Below are positions 12,209-24,663 of a stretch of 64,000 nucleotides of DNA, one piece after another. Where the stretch lies: assembly GCA_030390025.1 (NCBI GenBank), contig CM059432.1, positions 73,906,001 to 73,970,000 of the forward strand. The letters are read 5' to 3'. This stretch comes from Squalus acanthias (lineage: Eukaryota). The position numbers were made by a program, and so were the translations under genes. Each line of letters begins with the position of its first letter. Within the stretch, counting starts at the first letter, position 1. The notes beneath the pieces are model-generated. The model was not told where the DNA came from and ran no database searches. It saw only the letters and a list, made by a program, of their open reading frames with translations.

Positions 12209-13080
12209 GGGGTGAATTTCCTCATTGTTTTCTGCTTATGTCCAGTGCATATTCAGAGCAAGTAAAATTTTGTGGCAGGAAAATCAGGTAAAAGTAATTT
12301 TCACCAGTTTTCTGTCATAAAGTCGCTACCTTCTCCCATAGGTTTCCACGTGTTTTTTGCCCTTCCTGCAATTAACTGTTGAGTTCCACTGGCCCTCATT
12401 TACATATATTATAATGAGGGCCAGTGGCTCTGCAGATCCAAGTTTTCTGCTTTTACACTACTAATGCATTCTGGGTAATTTAGACTGAGAATTATAAAGG
12501 TACAACAGGAAGAAGTGAGGAGTTTCTTAGCCTGAAGAGTCTGGAAAGTTTCATTCGTGATTTCTGCAGCTGGGAAACATTTTTTGAAGCATATTTTTTG
12601 CCATTCTGTCTACACAGACCTGGACTTGCTTCTGACAGGGTCAGACAACAGCCAAGGTAGCTGCTGTAGCTTTCCCTCCAGGTAAAGTCAAGCGAGAAGA
12701 GGATTAGAAGCAGCAGAGGCCATTAAAGGCAAGGTTTTTAACTTTCCACTGTGGGGGCAGGAAGAGCAGGGGTGCTCTTCTGTGCTCAAAAAGGAAAGTT
12801 GAGGCCTCCCCAGCCTCAGACTTCCTCCCATTCCGTACCCCAAAAGCCTTCCAGAACCCAATCCCCTAAGTGCCGGTGGGAGGCCAAGGGCAAGCTGGCA
12901 GCCGCTTCCCACCCACTCCCCGATTGTTTTGGGCAGGAGGTTGGCTGGCAGCATGTTGATGAGGCTCAACGGTTAAAATCGCTGTGACCTCATTCTGCCA
13001 CAAGCAGGTAGGAATCTAACTGAAACCAGCTATTTTCTGCCGGAAAGCTGCTGGCAGTTAAAATGACCGCCCCTTCCCCC
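12209..13080. mobile_element. Decayed Harbinger-type MITE remnant(s)
   Basis: Starts GGGGTGAATTTCC; 12720-12810 resembles the interior of the MITE at 47808-48478; no matching right TIR or TSD found. Confidence 0.4.
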
Positions 13081-13129
13081 CGCCTCGTTCCAAAGTAACT
13101 CTACATGCTAGTTCTTTAATGTTATTGTG

Positions 13130-14414
13130 TTAAACTGCTGACATCCTTTGTGACTGTGACAAAGGTAAACTATCCCTCCTCGTCCTTCTTGACCTGTCTG
13201 CAGCCTTTGACACGGTTGACCACTCCATCCTCCTCCAATGCCTCTCCACCGTCGTCCAGTTGGGTGGGACTGCACTCACCTGGTTCCATTCTTATCTAAT
13301 TGTAGACAGAGAATCACCTGCAACGGCTTCTCTTCCCGCTCCCGCACTGTTACCTCTGGTGTCCCCCAAGGATCTATCCTTGGCCCCCTCCTATTTCTCA
13401 TCTACATGCTGCCCCTTTGGCAACATCATCCAAAAACACAGCGTCAGTTTCCACATGTATGCTGACAACACCCAGCTCTACCTCCCCACCACTTCTCTCA
13501 ACCCCTCCACGGTCTCTAAATTGTTTGACTGTTTGTCCGACATCCAGTTCTGGATGAGCAGAAATTTTCTCCAATTAAATATTGAGAAGACCAAAGCCAT
13601 TGTTTTCGGTCCCCACCACAAACTCCGTTCCCTAGCCACTGACTCCATCCCTCTCCCTAACATCTGTCTGAGGCTGAACCACACTGTTCGCAACCTTGGT
13701 GTCATATTTGACCCTGAAATGAGCTTCCGACCACATATCCGCAGCATAACTAAAAACACCTATTTCCACCTCCGTAACATCGCCCGTCTCCGCCCTTGCC
13801 TCAGTTCATCCACTGCTGAAACCCTCATCCATGCCTTTGTTACCTCTAGACTTGATTATTCCAACGCACTCCTGGCTGGCTTCCCACATTCTACGCTACG
13901 TAAACTTGAGGTCATCCAAAACTCGGCTGCTCGTGTCCTAACTAGCACCAAGTCCCGTTCACCCATCACCCCTGTGCTCACTGACCTACATTGGCTCCCG
14001 GTTAAGCAACGCCTCGATTTTAAAATTCTCACTCTTGTTTTCAAATCCCTCCATGGCCTCGCCCCTCCCTATCTCTGTAATCTCCTCCGGCCCCACAACC
14101 CCCTCCTCTAATTCTGCCCTCTTGAGCATCCCTGATTATAATCGGTCAACCTTTGGTGGCCGTGCCTTCTGTTGCCTAGGCCCTAAGCTCTGGAATTCCC
14201 TGCCTAAACCTCTTCACCTCTCTACCTCTCTTTCCTCCTTTAAGACGCTCCTTAAAACCTACCTCTTTGACCAAGCTTCTGGTCGTCTGCCCTAATTTCT
14301 CCTTATGTGGCTCAGTGTCAAATTTTTGGTCTTTTAATACTCCTGTGAAGCGCCTTGGAACGATTTACAACATTAAAGGCACAATATAAATACAAGTTGT
14401 TGTTGTTGTTGTTG
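13130..14414 (+). mobile_element. 5'-truncated L2 LINE (RT and 3' end)
   Basis: LLDLSAAFDTVDH, GVPQGSILGPLLF, YADNTQLY, SRLDYSNALL, LHWLPVKQR; ends ATATAAATACAAG(TTG)n. Confidence 0.95.
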
Positions 14415-15553
14415 GAATGTTGCTGGTGCCAATGCACTGGTATCATACAGCCAGCAGCAACCCTACAGTAAACTTGCCAGATTCAATAAGACCAGCCACT
14501 GGTAAAACCCACTAAAAACGAGTCTTTCTGACACCCAGTCTTAGCAAAACTGTCAAGTTTATTTACTTTGGGGCTGCTGCGAGCTGTGCAGGACCTGCAC
14601 ATCGGGAGATAGCCATACTAGCAAGGCACTGGACCCAGTATAATACAACAGTCCTGTACAGGTTTGCACACTGAGAGTAGGTGGCAAGCCCCAGTTGGTG
14701 CTATATTTGGGCAATCTATTTTCTGAGTCGCACATTTGCCCCAGGCCCTTCCCACAGGTCTTTTGGTAGAACCTGTTTTTTTTAATGGCAGTCATTTAGT
14801 TAGTGTTCTGTGTTCAGTTTTAAACAAACACGGAATGAGGCTGTTTCCATCCCCCGCATCCTCTTTGTCCTTGAAAGAGCTTAGCTAAATAGGTCATTTC
14901 TTGTGGTACAAGGGAGGAGAGATTGTTTGTTCCAGATTGCAAGAAGTCTGGCTCCTGTGCTGCTGCTTTCCCCAGGCTGCTGGGCTGAAACATATTTCCC
15001 AAGAATGTGCTCTGCACTGTACTACCTTTCCACCATAATAATTTGATTTTTGGTAGTGATTCTGTTATCCTTAGGGATATACAGAGTAAATTTTGGCTGG
15101 CTCCTGTAACCACAGACAATTCACCCACAGACATCTATAATTCGCTGCCTTTTCAGAGATGCCGGCCATAAATTTTGTGATCAAGGCTTTTTTTAAAGAA
15201 TTATTAAGATAACAGCTGTTTGGGTGTCTATAATCCCTTTTTTTAAGGGCCTAAAGCATCATGCCCACCAGTCCCTGATTTAGCACTACAAACTGCAGCT
15301 GCCTCTTTTTGTTCTCACAGACATATGCTAATATTTCTTAAATCGTGTGCTGCACCACTGCCATCTGCTGCTTACCAGGTGTCTTTGCCATCAGCTGTTA
15401 GGATCCTGAAATCTATAAAAATATAAATGAAGTGCCTTTCAGAAAAACATTTTCCCAGTCCCAGTGACAGCTTTAGTATCAGTGTTAGATGAGGATTAGA
15501 AGAATAGGACTTGCAGCCAGCATGTGTATTCTCAGCTGTACTGCAAAAATATT

Positions 15554-16156
15554 AGCCTAGAAATCCCACACTTTGTTTTCAGTGCAGCGGGCAGGACTTC
15601 TGCCGACTGCTTTGGCCTACTATTAACCCCATCCCAAAGCTTGAGATTGGGTCATTTGAATATTCAGCACATCAGAGCCCCCCACCCCGCTGAAGAGGCA
15701 TAAGTCAGAGTGGCATCCTATCACTCCAAAGTGCGGCAATAAGTTTGTAATAAACTGATCAAAATGCCCCTCAAGGAGCAAAAGGACAGCCTTTTAAAGG
15801 TAATCAAACCAGGATCAATTATCTCTGCTTTCTTTAGTCTTGGGTTCTTCCTTAAGGTCCACATTGAGACATACACCTGTTCTCGGCAGGCATAGGGTCC
15901 ACTGGGCCTATCAGAGGCAAACTGGGCAGAATTCCCAGGGTAGGCCAAGAGCTGTACCCAGACACACCTCCACAGTTTGATTTGGTCACAACAGGGCCGG
16001 GCCTAAGAAACACCTGTCCTCCTTGACCATAATTTGCTGGGGAAGTTGCGAGGAATGGAAATTTGGTGGTTCCAGTTTCCACTTCAAATTGCACCCCCTT
16101 CCCCCCAACCGGGATCGTGTGGCAGTTCTGCACCCCTCAATTGGAATTTCTACCCT
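15554..16156. mobile_element. Decayed Harbinger-type MITE
   Basis: Ends AGCCTAGAAATCC / GGAATTTCTACCCT fit the window's terminal pattern; TSD unclear. Confidence 0.45.
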
Positions 16157-16825
16157 ATGTGACCCAATGACATGACTTTAGCATTGTCTCAGGTTAAAAA
16201 GCAGAGTTATTCACCATCAGTGATTGCTAATTGTAATACTTGCTAAAGTAACCCTGCAGATAATCTTCTCATGTCCTGAAATCTACGGGGGCGATTTTCT
16301 GAGGCCTGAGGAGACAGGTTAGGAGGTGGGTTTGGAGGCGGGAAAGGCAGGAAAATAGGAAAAAATGAGTGCGGGTTTGGAACCCGCCTCCAACCCGCCT
16401 CCGCGGGATTTTGCCGGTGCCGGCTTTGCAGGGCGGGAAACGGTCCCACCTCCAGCTGGCCAGAGAGCTTGTTAAGAGGCTTAAATGCTCGTTAAGGGCC
16501 TCTCTCAGCCTATTTTGAGCGGCCCTCGTTATTTTTCGACCATTTCGGCATGTTCCACGACCCTCCTAAACCACGCCAGCTAAACCTGGCGGGTTGACAA
16601 GTGGGTGGTCTCCTCACAGCTACAGGTCCAACATTAAATCGGAGATTTCATCAGGGATTAGTTGCAGCTGGCAGAACTTTGTTTTAAAAGGACTTTGAGC
16701 ACTTTTAGCAGGCCTTCCGAAGTCAGAGGTGCTGCAGCTTGAATCTATCAACTGTGGGACCTCCTTGGAAGACCCTCTCCCCGCTTGCAATGAGCGCTTC
16801 CCCAACGGAGGCATCTGCCAGCAGC

Positions 16826-18136
16826 ATGGGAACCATTCATTTTCTTTCACCATGGACCTCAGATTCGGATGAGGAGCATCCACGGCAGCAGCAGAACCAG
16901 GCAGCTCAGCAGCAACAGCAGCAGGAGCCCCAACCTCCTGCTCAGCCACCTGATGCTGCACAGGGTAGAAGGCGCCAGCGCATTGAGGCACCTCGCCGCA
17001 GGACGTACCCCCGACAGAGGGTTTACAGACAGAGGATGAGCTACCTCAACATGAGTGAGCAGCAGTGCCAAAGGAAGCTGAGACTTTCGCGAGAGGCTGT
17101 CCGAGAGATCTGCGGACTGCTGCAGCAAGACCTGGTGCCCAGAGAAATGGGTGGACACCCCTTACCAGTGGCTGTCAAATTCACCACCGCACTCAGCTTC
17201 TTTGCCTCAGGCTCCTTCCAGGGATCATCAGCAGACATCAGCGGCATCTCCCAGTCGGCCGCCCACAGTTGCATCACGCAGGTTACCGGCGCCCTTTTCG
17301 CTAAGGCCCACAATTACATCCAGTTCTCAAGGGATCAAGCAAGTGTAACCGCCCGTTCAGTTGGCTTTGCAAATATGGCAGGCATGCCAATGGTGCAGGG
17401 CGTCATAGACTGCACACATGTGGCCCTTAGGGCACCCCATCACAACCCAGCTATCTTTGTCAACCGAAAGGGCTTCCACTCCCTCAACGTACAGCTGGTT
17501 TGTAACCACAAGAAGGAGATTTTGCATGTTTGCACCAAGTTCTGTGCTAGTTGCCATGACTCTTTCATCTTGCGGCACTCTAGTGTTCCTCCGCTTTTCA
17601 GTCCGCCAAACCAACTTAACGGATGACTCCTTGGTGACAGAGGCTACCCCCTGAAGAAGTGGCTAATGACGCCGATCAGGAGGCCAGCTAACGAGGCTGA
17701 AGAGCGCTACAACGTCAACCACACTTCGACCAGGTCCATCATCGAGCAAACCATTGGGTTGTTGAAGATGCGCTTCCGATGCCTTGACCGATCAGGTGGA
17801 GCCCTGCAGTATACACCATACAGGGTCTCCAGAATGGTCATGGTCTGCTGTGCACTGCACAACATCGCACAGCGTCGTGGCTTACAGCTTCCTGATGAGT
17901 AAGTGGCTCAGTTCCAGCCCTCCTCAGATGAGGATGAGGAGGAGGAGGATGAGGAGGCTGAGGAGGAGGAGGATCTGGAGGAGGAGGAGGACCAGGAGGA
18001 GGAGGAGGAACAGGAGGAGGAGGAGGAGCAGGAGGAGGTCAGAGTGCCGGTCTATCGACCAGCAGCAGCGGCAGCACGCGAGCACATGGCTGCCCATGGT
18101 GCAAGGGATGAACTTATTCTGGCCAGATTTGCATAG
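16826..18136 (+). pseudogene. Harbinger transposase, single frame with nonsense codons ending 17626 and 17902
   Basis: [37 protein letters not shown]; long E/D-rich tail. Confidence 0.93.
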
Positions 18137-18384
18137 GTTGCCCAAGTTGGCACATGTCCTTGGCTCCATCTTAAGACATCATTGACAATGGACATGTCTC
18201 TCTGGCCTCCTTTCACTCTGACCACCAACCTGACAATGCAAGTGTCGCAGAGCCCGCAATGTGGAGCTGCCTAAGGTGAAAGAACAGATGCCATATCGCC
18301 AACATTTTGGCATCAAATCATTTTAATGCTTTCCAACAGGGATGGCATTTCATCAATACACAGAAACACTTACCCAATCTGCAC

Positions 18385-18563
18385 ACAGATCTGGAGGTTA
18401 TATCCCTTGCCAGCTGGACCCACACAGCCTTGGTTTCTTTGGGAGGCCTCTTCCTCCCAGATGAGTGGAAGAGCACCTCCCTGCTAGCTGTCACCCCCTC
18501 AACCAACATTTGCAGCGCCTCATCCGAGAGCCTCGGGGAGGCCCTTGCCTTGGAATTGGACAT
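18385..18563 (-). pseudogene. Myb-like exon 1 stub of element B
   Basis: MSNSKARASPRLSDEALQMLVEGVTASREVLFHSSGRKRPPKETKAVWVQLARDITSR, then homology ends. Confidence 0.85.
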
Positions 18564-19117
18564 AGTGGTTTCTCAGAATGTGTTACAGGTGGTGCAGCAT
18601 CGGCAAAAATCCAGTGGAATGATCCAAGGCAGCAAACAGCCCTAAAATCAGGCTGGAAAAGTGATGTCAACAGAGGCGAGTTTCAGTCCCAAAACACTAA
18701 TTGACCAAGAGCAACCCACACCTCTCAAATCAAGTGGCCAATCAGGGGAAGATCACAATTTTTTGAAAACTATTAGTGGAGGCGAGTTTCAAACCCACCC
18801 AACCGAAACCTGCCTCCATCTCGCCTCCAGTGGGAAAATCGCCCCCTACGTCCCAGTTTAAAATTTGACATTGGTTATCATTTCTTCACACTTATTTTTG
18901 TCATGCTAGTTTCATCAATAAATGCAATACTTCACAAATATTTGACACCACTACAAAACTAAGTCAGCTTATTATCACAATACAACATCTATCTTGATAC
19001 TCATCGGATGATGCCCTTGGAAGCGCACTGGAATCAATGGACAGAATATCTGATGCCAGCAGCTCTTAAGTGGCTGCTGGTTTCTCTTAACACTGTCCTG
19101 CCATTGAGAAGGGAAAG

Positions 19118-19260
19118 ATGGCTCCATCAACTGCAAGAAGGCAAACTGCACCTTTCAAAAATGCAGCTTTAGAGGTCCCATTGCAGAAGGTCCTCCACAG
19201 AAGGAATGCTCAAGTTGGAGCAGAGGGACAACCTCCTGTCAGTAGCAACATGTTTATGAA
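19118..19260 (+). pseudogene. Very old Harbinger Myb-like exon 1 remnant
   Basis: MAPSTARRQTAPFKNAALEVPLQKVLHRRNAQ resembles the RAPRFS..ALE.LV..V..RR..LF motif of the other copies. Confidence 0.45.
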
Positions 19261-19364
19261 TTCACATCAACTGGCTGGTTGGCGGGGCACTTGGGTGACA
19301 TTGATTTTCTCTCATCTTCCCCATTCCAACTTATATCCCTTTTCTATGTATTTATAGTGGAAAG

Positions 19365-19670
19365 CTGCTTACAGTAGTCTAGCTGTTATAATACTAGGTT
19401 AGCAGCTCAAGTGTTCAAATCCCACTCTGGTATGTTGTAAAATTGAATTAAATAAATCTGTTAATTTGACCATGAAAGCTGCTAGATATTTGTAAATCCC
19501 AACTGGCTCACTAATGTCCTTCAGAGGGGGATCTGCCACTCCGACCCAATATGGCCTTCATGTGACTTCAGGTCCACATTACATAGTTGATTCTTAATGC
19601 CCTCAGGGCAACTAGGATTGGGCAATAAATACTGGCTGTCAGGGTCACATCCCAAAGAACAAATAATTTT
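19365..19670 (+). mobile_element. Decayed SINE, same family as 9595-9895
   Basis: GTTCAAATCCC B-box, ACCATGAAAGCTGCT, tail GGGCAACTAGGATTGGGCAATAATACTGG...CACATCCC. Confidence 0.7.
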
Positions 19671-21971
19671 TAAAAATAACAGAAGGCAGTAGATGATGAC
19701 TGGAGATTGTAATCCACAGTTAAAAGCCTTTGACTCCTTTTGAGAAAAGAGTGCATTGTATTCTGGTCTGGAGGCAATTGAGTTATTAAACCTGCCTTTG
19801 CTTTTTATTTTTTAATTTCCCTACTCACTCATTCACTCATTTATTCCCTCACATCAAATGTTCATTGCAGTGCGGCAACATAACACACTATACTGTTTTG
19901 CCAGTTAAGCTCTTTCTGAAGGAGTGTCTTACTGCCTGCATTCTGAAATAGGTTCTTCTTCTGATTCCATAAGTGCCAGCAGAATGAGGTGTAGAGGCCA
20001 ATTACCAACAAGCACCTCACATCCCTCAATCCAACAGTGGCAAGAACCAGCACAGATAAATCCACACTGGAGTGGTTCAGATAGTGAACTGTAGAAGAGC
20101 ACCTTTGGTGAAGCACTGAGAGCATGAGTGAGGAGGAGAAAGGAGCGGGGACATTGAAAAGCTACAGACTGCTGGTCAGAGGAGCTGCTTAAGGGATCTG
20201 TCAGCTACTGAGCCCTGGGATTTGGACTTCACAGGATCTGCCTACACAGTTTGATAGCCCAGCATCAACATTTCATAGAAGTAATTTAAGAGTGTACCAA
20301 GCATTTTGAGGCTTACCTGTGCAGTGCTGCATGACCTCCTGATCAAGCTGCAACCTACCATGGAAAGCGAAGTGCTCCGAGGCCAAGGTCCTGCACTCAG
20401 GAATAGTGTCTGTAGCTAATGCTGACTGGAGACATTTCAAGCCCTTGACTCTTTTTGAAGAGGCACATTGGACACCACAGTGTATAAGAATATAGAAGGA
20501 ATGGAGAGGTTGAGGGTGAAGCTGGATGCTTCCCCCAAGCTTAGTGTTAGTATCACTGTGCTATTGTTGTGTCTTCTCCCCACTCCCTCTCTCTTTCACG
20601 AACTCACTCACAAGCATACACTCAAGTGCAAAACCATCATACACAGTATATTCCAATGCAAGTATTATTCAAAGGTGCCTCTCCTAATTTGTGGAGGAGC
20701 AGCCTGTGTGCACGGTCAGAATTGAGAAACATCATAGGCTCTCCCAATAACACTTGCTTTGCAAGATGTTTAAATCTATAATAAAGCTCTCGCACATTCT
20801 GTGCAAAACAGCACACCGCTGGCAGGCAACCAGGTCAAGAAATTGTCCCGATACACAAGTGTAGGCAGAAAAGAAGCAATTTCCTGAACTTGTGATTTTA
20901 CAACCCCCAGCTATGGTAAACAAGGAGGTTGTCAGGATACTGGATGAGATAAAAATAGATGAAGAGGAGGTACAAGAAAGGCTGGCAGTACTTAAAGTGA
21001 ATAAGTCATCTGGCCCGCATGGGATGCTGTGGGAAGAAAGGGTGGAAATTGCGAAGGTGCTGGCCACAATCTTTCAATCCTCCTTAGATGCAGGGGTCAT
21101 GCCAGAGGACTGCAAATGTTACACCCTTGTTCGAAAAAGTGGAGAAGGATAAACCTGGCAATTACAGGCCAGTCAGCTTAACATCGGTGGCGGGGAAGCT
21201 TTTAGAAACAATGGCCGGAATTTTCTGGGGTTCATGCGGGCGGGATTGGAGGCGGGACGGGTGGGAAATTTGAAATATCTTACAGCGGGTCGGGAACCCG
21301 CCATCATCCCGCCCCCATGCGCCTTTCCCTCGGGCACGTTTGCCGGTGCAGCAGTGACCCAAATGGCAGAGGCAGGCGAGCTAATCTAAATCATTATGAG
21401 GTACTTGTCAGACCCTTAAACGCCTTTTTCACCCTACCTTTCAAATTTCCCTGGATGAGCACGGGAATCACATTGCTCTGGAACCACATCTGTGAATCTG
21501 AGGCAGAAGCTGAGTGACCATTGATCCAGCTCATTAGTGCACAGCACGAAAAGTAAAATAAAAACTCCAACCTCACAGCTGATCACTTTCATAAAGCAGA
21601 TGCTGTTGCTGACTGCATTGTCAGCACAGACTTAACTTTCTAGAGGTTGTAAGTGTTTCCAGCAACGTCGGCATCCAGTGTCACCTCATTGGTAGAACCT
21701 ATCACACCATTGACAGATTGCTTCTGTCATCTCTACTTGACCTGCCATCTATTCCATCAGCATGGGTGCCATTTATACTGTCTCACCTTGGTCCTCAGAA
21801 TCGGACCACGGTGAGCCCCAACACCAGCAGCACCAGGCACACCAGCAGCACCAACAATGACACCACCAACCTTCTCCTCAACCACCTGATGCTGCACAGG
21901 ACAGAGGGCATCAGCGCAGGGCTGCACCGCGCTGGAGGCTATACCCCCAACACAGGGTATACAGGCAGAGG

Positions 21972-23000
21972 ATGAGCTTCCTCAACACGACGGAGCAGCA
22001 GTGCAAAAGGAGGCTCAGGCTATCATGCCAGGTCGTCGCAGACATTTGCACATTGCTGGAGGAAGACCTGCAACCCAGAGCAGTGGGTGGACACGCCTTA
22101 CCAGTGGCTGTCAAAGTCACCAGCGCCCTCAACTTCTTTGCCTCAGGCTCCTTCCAGGGATCTGCAGCAGACATTTGCGGCATCGCACAGTCGGCTGCCC
22201 ATAAATGCATCACACAGGTCACCGATGCCGTCTTTAACAAGTCAGCCAATTATATCAAATTTTCCACTGATGAAGCCAGTGTTACTGAGCGGGCGATCGG
22301 CTTTGCCGCTCTGGCTGGCTTCCCACGGGTGCAGGGCATCATCGACTGCACACATGTGTCCATCAGGGCACCCCATCATCACCCAGGAGTGTTTGTCAAC
22401 TGCAAGGGCTTCCACTCCCTCAAAGTGCAGCTCATCTGCAACCATAGGAAGATCATCATGCATGTGTGCACCAAATTCCCTGGCAGCTGTCATGACTCTT
22501 TCATGCTGCGCCAGTCCACCCTCCCTCAGCTCTTTGCCCCTCCAAACAGACTTTCCGGCTGGCTGCTTGGAGAAAAGGGCTATCCATTGAAGACGTGGCT
22601 CATGACACCCTTGAGGAGGCCAAGTACTGAGGCCCAGGAGAGATATAATGAAAGCCACATTTCCACCAGATGTGTCATACAGCAGGCAATAGGCATGCTG
22701 AAAATGTGTTTCAGGTGCCTTGACAGATCTGGAGCAGCCCTTCAGTACGCACCAACCAGGGTCGCCAGAATCATTGTGGTCTGCTGCGCCCTGCACAATA
22801 TAGCACAGCAGCGAGGATTAGCGCTGCATGAGGAGCAAGGCACTGAGTGCACAGCCTCTTCAGAGGAGGAGGAGGAGCAGGAGGAGCATCAGCTGGAAGA
22901 CAAGGAAGGGGAGGAGCAGGAGGAACCTGTGATCCAGATTCCACCAGCACCTGAGCACATTGCTGCCCAGGAGGCCAGGGATGGGCTCATCATGGCTTGA
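21972..23000 (+). CDS. Harbinger transposase core ORF (342 aa), probably catalytically dead; upstream N-terminus (from ATG 21762) frameshifted
   Basis: IIDCTH retained, but GEKGY and VIQQ replace the GDKGY and IEQ seen in sister copies. Confidence 0.8.
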   Translation: MSFLNTTEQQCKRRLRLSCQVVADICTLLEEDLQPRAVGGHALPVAVKVTSALNFFASGSFQGSAADICGIAQSAAHKCITQVTDAVFNKSANYIKFSTDEASVTERAIGFAALAGFPRVQGIIDCTHVSIRAPHHHPGVFVNCKGFHSLKVQLICNHRKIIMHVCTKFPGSCHDSFMLRQSTLPQLFAPPNRLSGWLLGEKGYPLKTWLMTPLRRPSTEAQERYNESHISTRCVIQQAIGMLKMCFRCLDRSGAALQYAPTRVARIIVVCCALHNIAQQRGLALHEEQGTECTASSEEEEEQEEHQLEDKEGEEQEEPVIQIPPAPEHIAAQEARDGLIMA

Positions 23001-23311
23001 TTTACTTAACTTTACGCACGCATTACACCCATATGGCTGCCACATGCTGTGCCAGGTTGGCACCATCCCACAGCAACACCATAAAGCATCCCTACAATGA
23101 CCAAGCCATTCCTTTCACACTGACCACCATTGCTGGAGGTAATAGTATGTCTCACCATTCACTCCAACTCACTAAGCTACTTCCAAAGGTGCACACAAAT
23201 TTGTCCATGACCGGAAAGTGGTGAAAATAAAGATTTTTATATGTGACACCACAGCAATGGAAACTTTACAGAAATATTTAATAAAATACCCAAGTGGCTA
23301 CCCTTGTGAAT

Positions 23312-24663
23312 CTACTTGTGTTTCATCTTTCTCTTACGCGTACTTCTATGAGGTGCTACCCCTGTGGCTTCAGCAGAGGTAGAGGCAGCCTGCTCACTTC
23401 CCTGCTGCGACTGCACAGACCCTTTTGGCGGACGTCCTCTGGATTTTGGAGCCTGTGATGGCCCCGCCAAAGTCTGCTCCTCCTGCGACTGTGCAGGGGA
23501 CAGACTCGGCCATCGCTGTCCGAGGAGGCATCGGAGGCTCTGACTGGGAGGGGGGCAACGAGGCAGAAGTGGGAGAGCTTTGAGAGGAGCCCCCACTTGC
23601 ATGTCCCCTCTCACCATCATCCCTCTCATGGGCCACCCGCACTTCCCTGCTAGCAAGGAGCTGGAGAGCACCTTGCTGCACATCAGTGGGGCCATGAGGA
23701 CCCACTTCTACGTTGACATGCCTCCTAAAGAGGAGGTCTATGAGCCTCTGCCATCTATTCTCCTTAGATAGCATGTGTTCCTGTGAGTGGTGCGTTAGCT
23801 GCTCCATGCAGGTGGCTATCCTATCCATGGAAGAGCCTACAGTCACCATCGCCTGCGACATGGTGGTGCTTATGTTGGAGATGGACTCCTCCATTCCCTG
23901 GACATTTGCAGACATCGCAGTCGCAAAACCTGTCAAAGCCTTCTGCACTTCTTGCTACACCTCCAGGATCGCCCTCTTTCTGGATGGCCCCCGAGGCTCA
24001 GCGTCTGCATGCAGCTGAGCAGAGCTGGGAGTGACCTGCGCCCTCCGGCGAAGAGTCTCCACTGCTGTCCCTGTCTCCACCATCTGCTCTTGCTCACCTG
24101 TGAGTTGTGAGACACCAGGTGACAACACTAATCCATCTCGCGTGGAACCCACCAAGGTGTGTATATCTGCACTGGTGCCAGGTGCGCTAATGTCTGGTGA
24201 CGGTGCGCCCTCAGAGGCTGGAGGCTGCTCTGAGGAGTCGTCTTCCTCTTCCTCCTGGACAGTGGTAGGGGGCTCTTGATGGACCTGTGGGAGAGTAAAG
24301 AGATGAGTTAGATATGTCATATGAAGAATGGGTAAAGATACCATTATGCACATGGGAAGGTAGAGTGATGGGGATGTGATGAGAGGCACAGCAGGATGAA
24401 GTTGAGTGTGGCTTTGCACTCACCTTTCCTGATCTAATAAGATCATTGAAACATTTCCGGCACTGCACCCAGGTCCTCCTGACCACATCCCTGCTGTTGA
24501 CCTCCTCTGCTATTTGGAGCCAGGCTCCTTTTGTCTCCTGGGGAGGTCTCTTCCGCCCATTAGAAGGGAAGAGGACCTCCCTGCGTGCCCTCACTCCCTC
24601 CACAAGCATATGGAAGGAGTCATCAGAGAACTTGGGTGCAGCCCTCTGTCTCAGTACAGTCAT
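23312..24663 (-). pseudogene. Myb/SANT-like gene of element C, exon 2 deleted, exon 3 disrupted
   Basis: APKFSDDSFHMLVEGVRARREVLFP..WLQIAEEVNSR..RTWVQCRKCFNDL; C-terminus RSTRKRKMKHK. Confidence 0.88.

Larger units (their letters stand above)
16287..18846 (+). mobile_element. Harbinger transposon B (Myb gene mostly deleted)
   Basis: Perfect 13-bp TIR GGGGGCGATTTTC / GAAAATCGCCCCC; TAC TSD on both sides. Confidence 0.95.
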
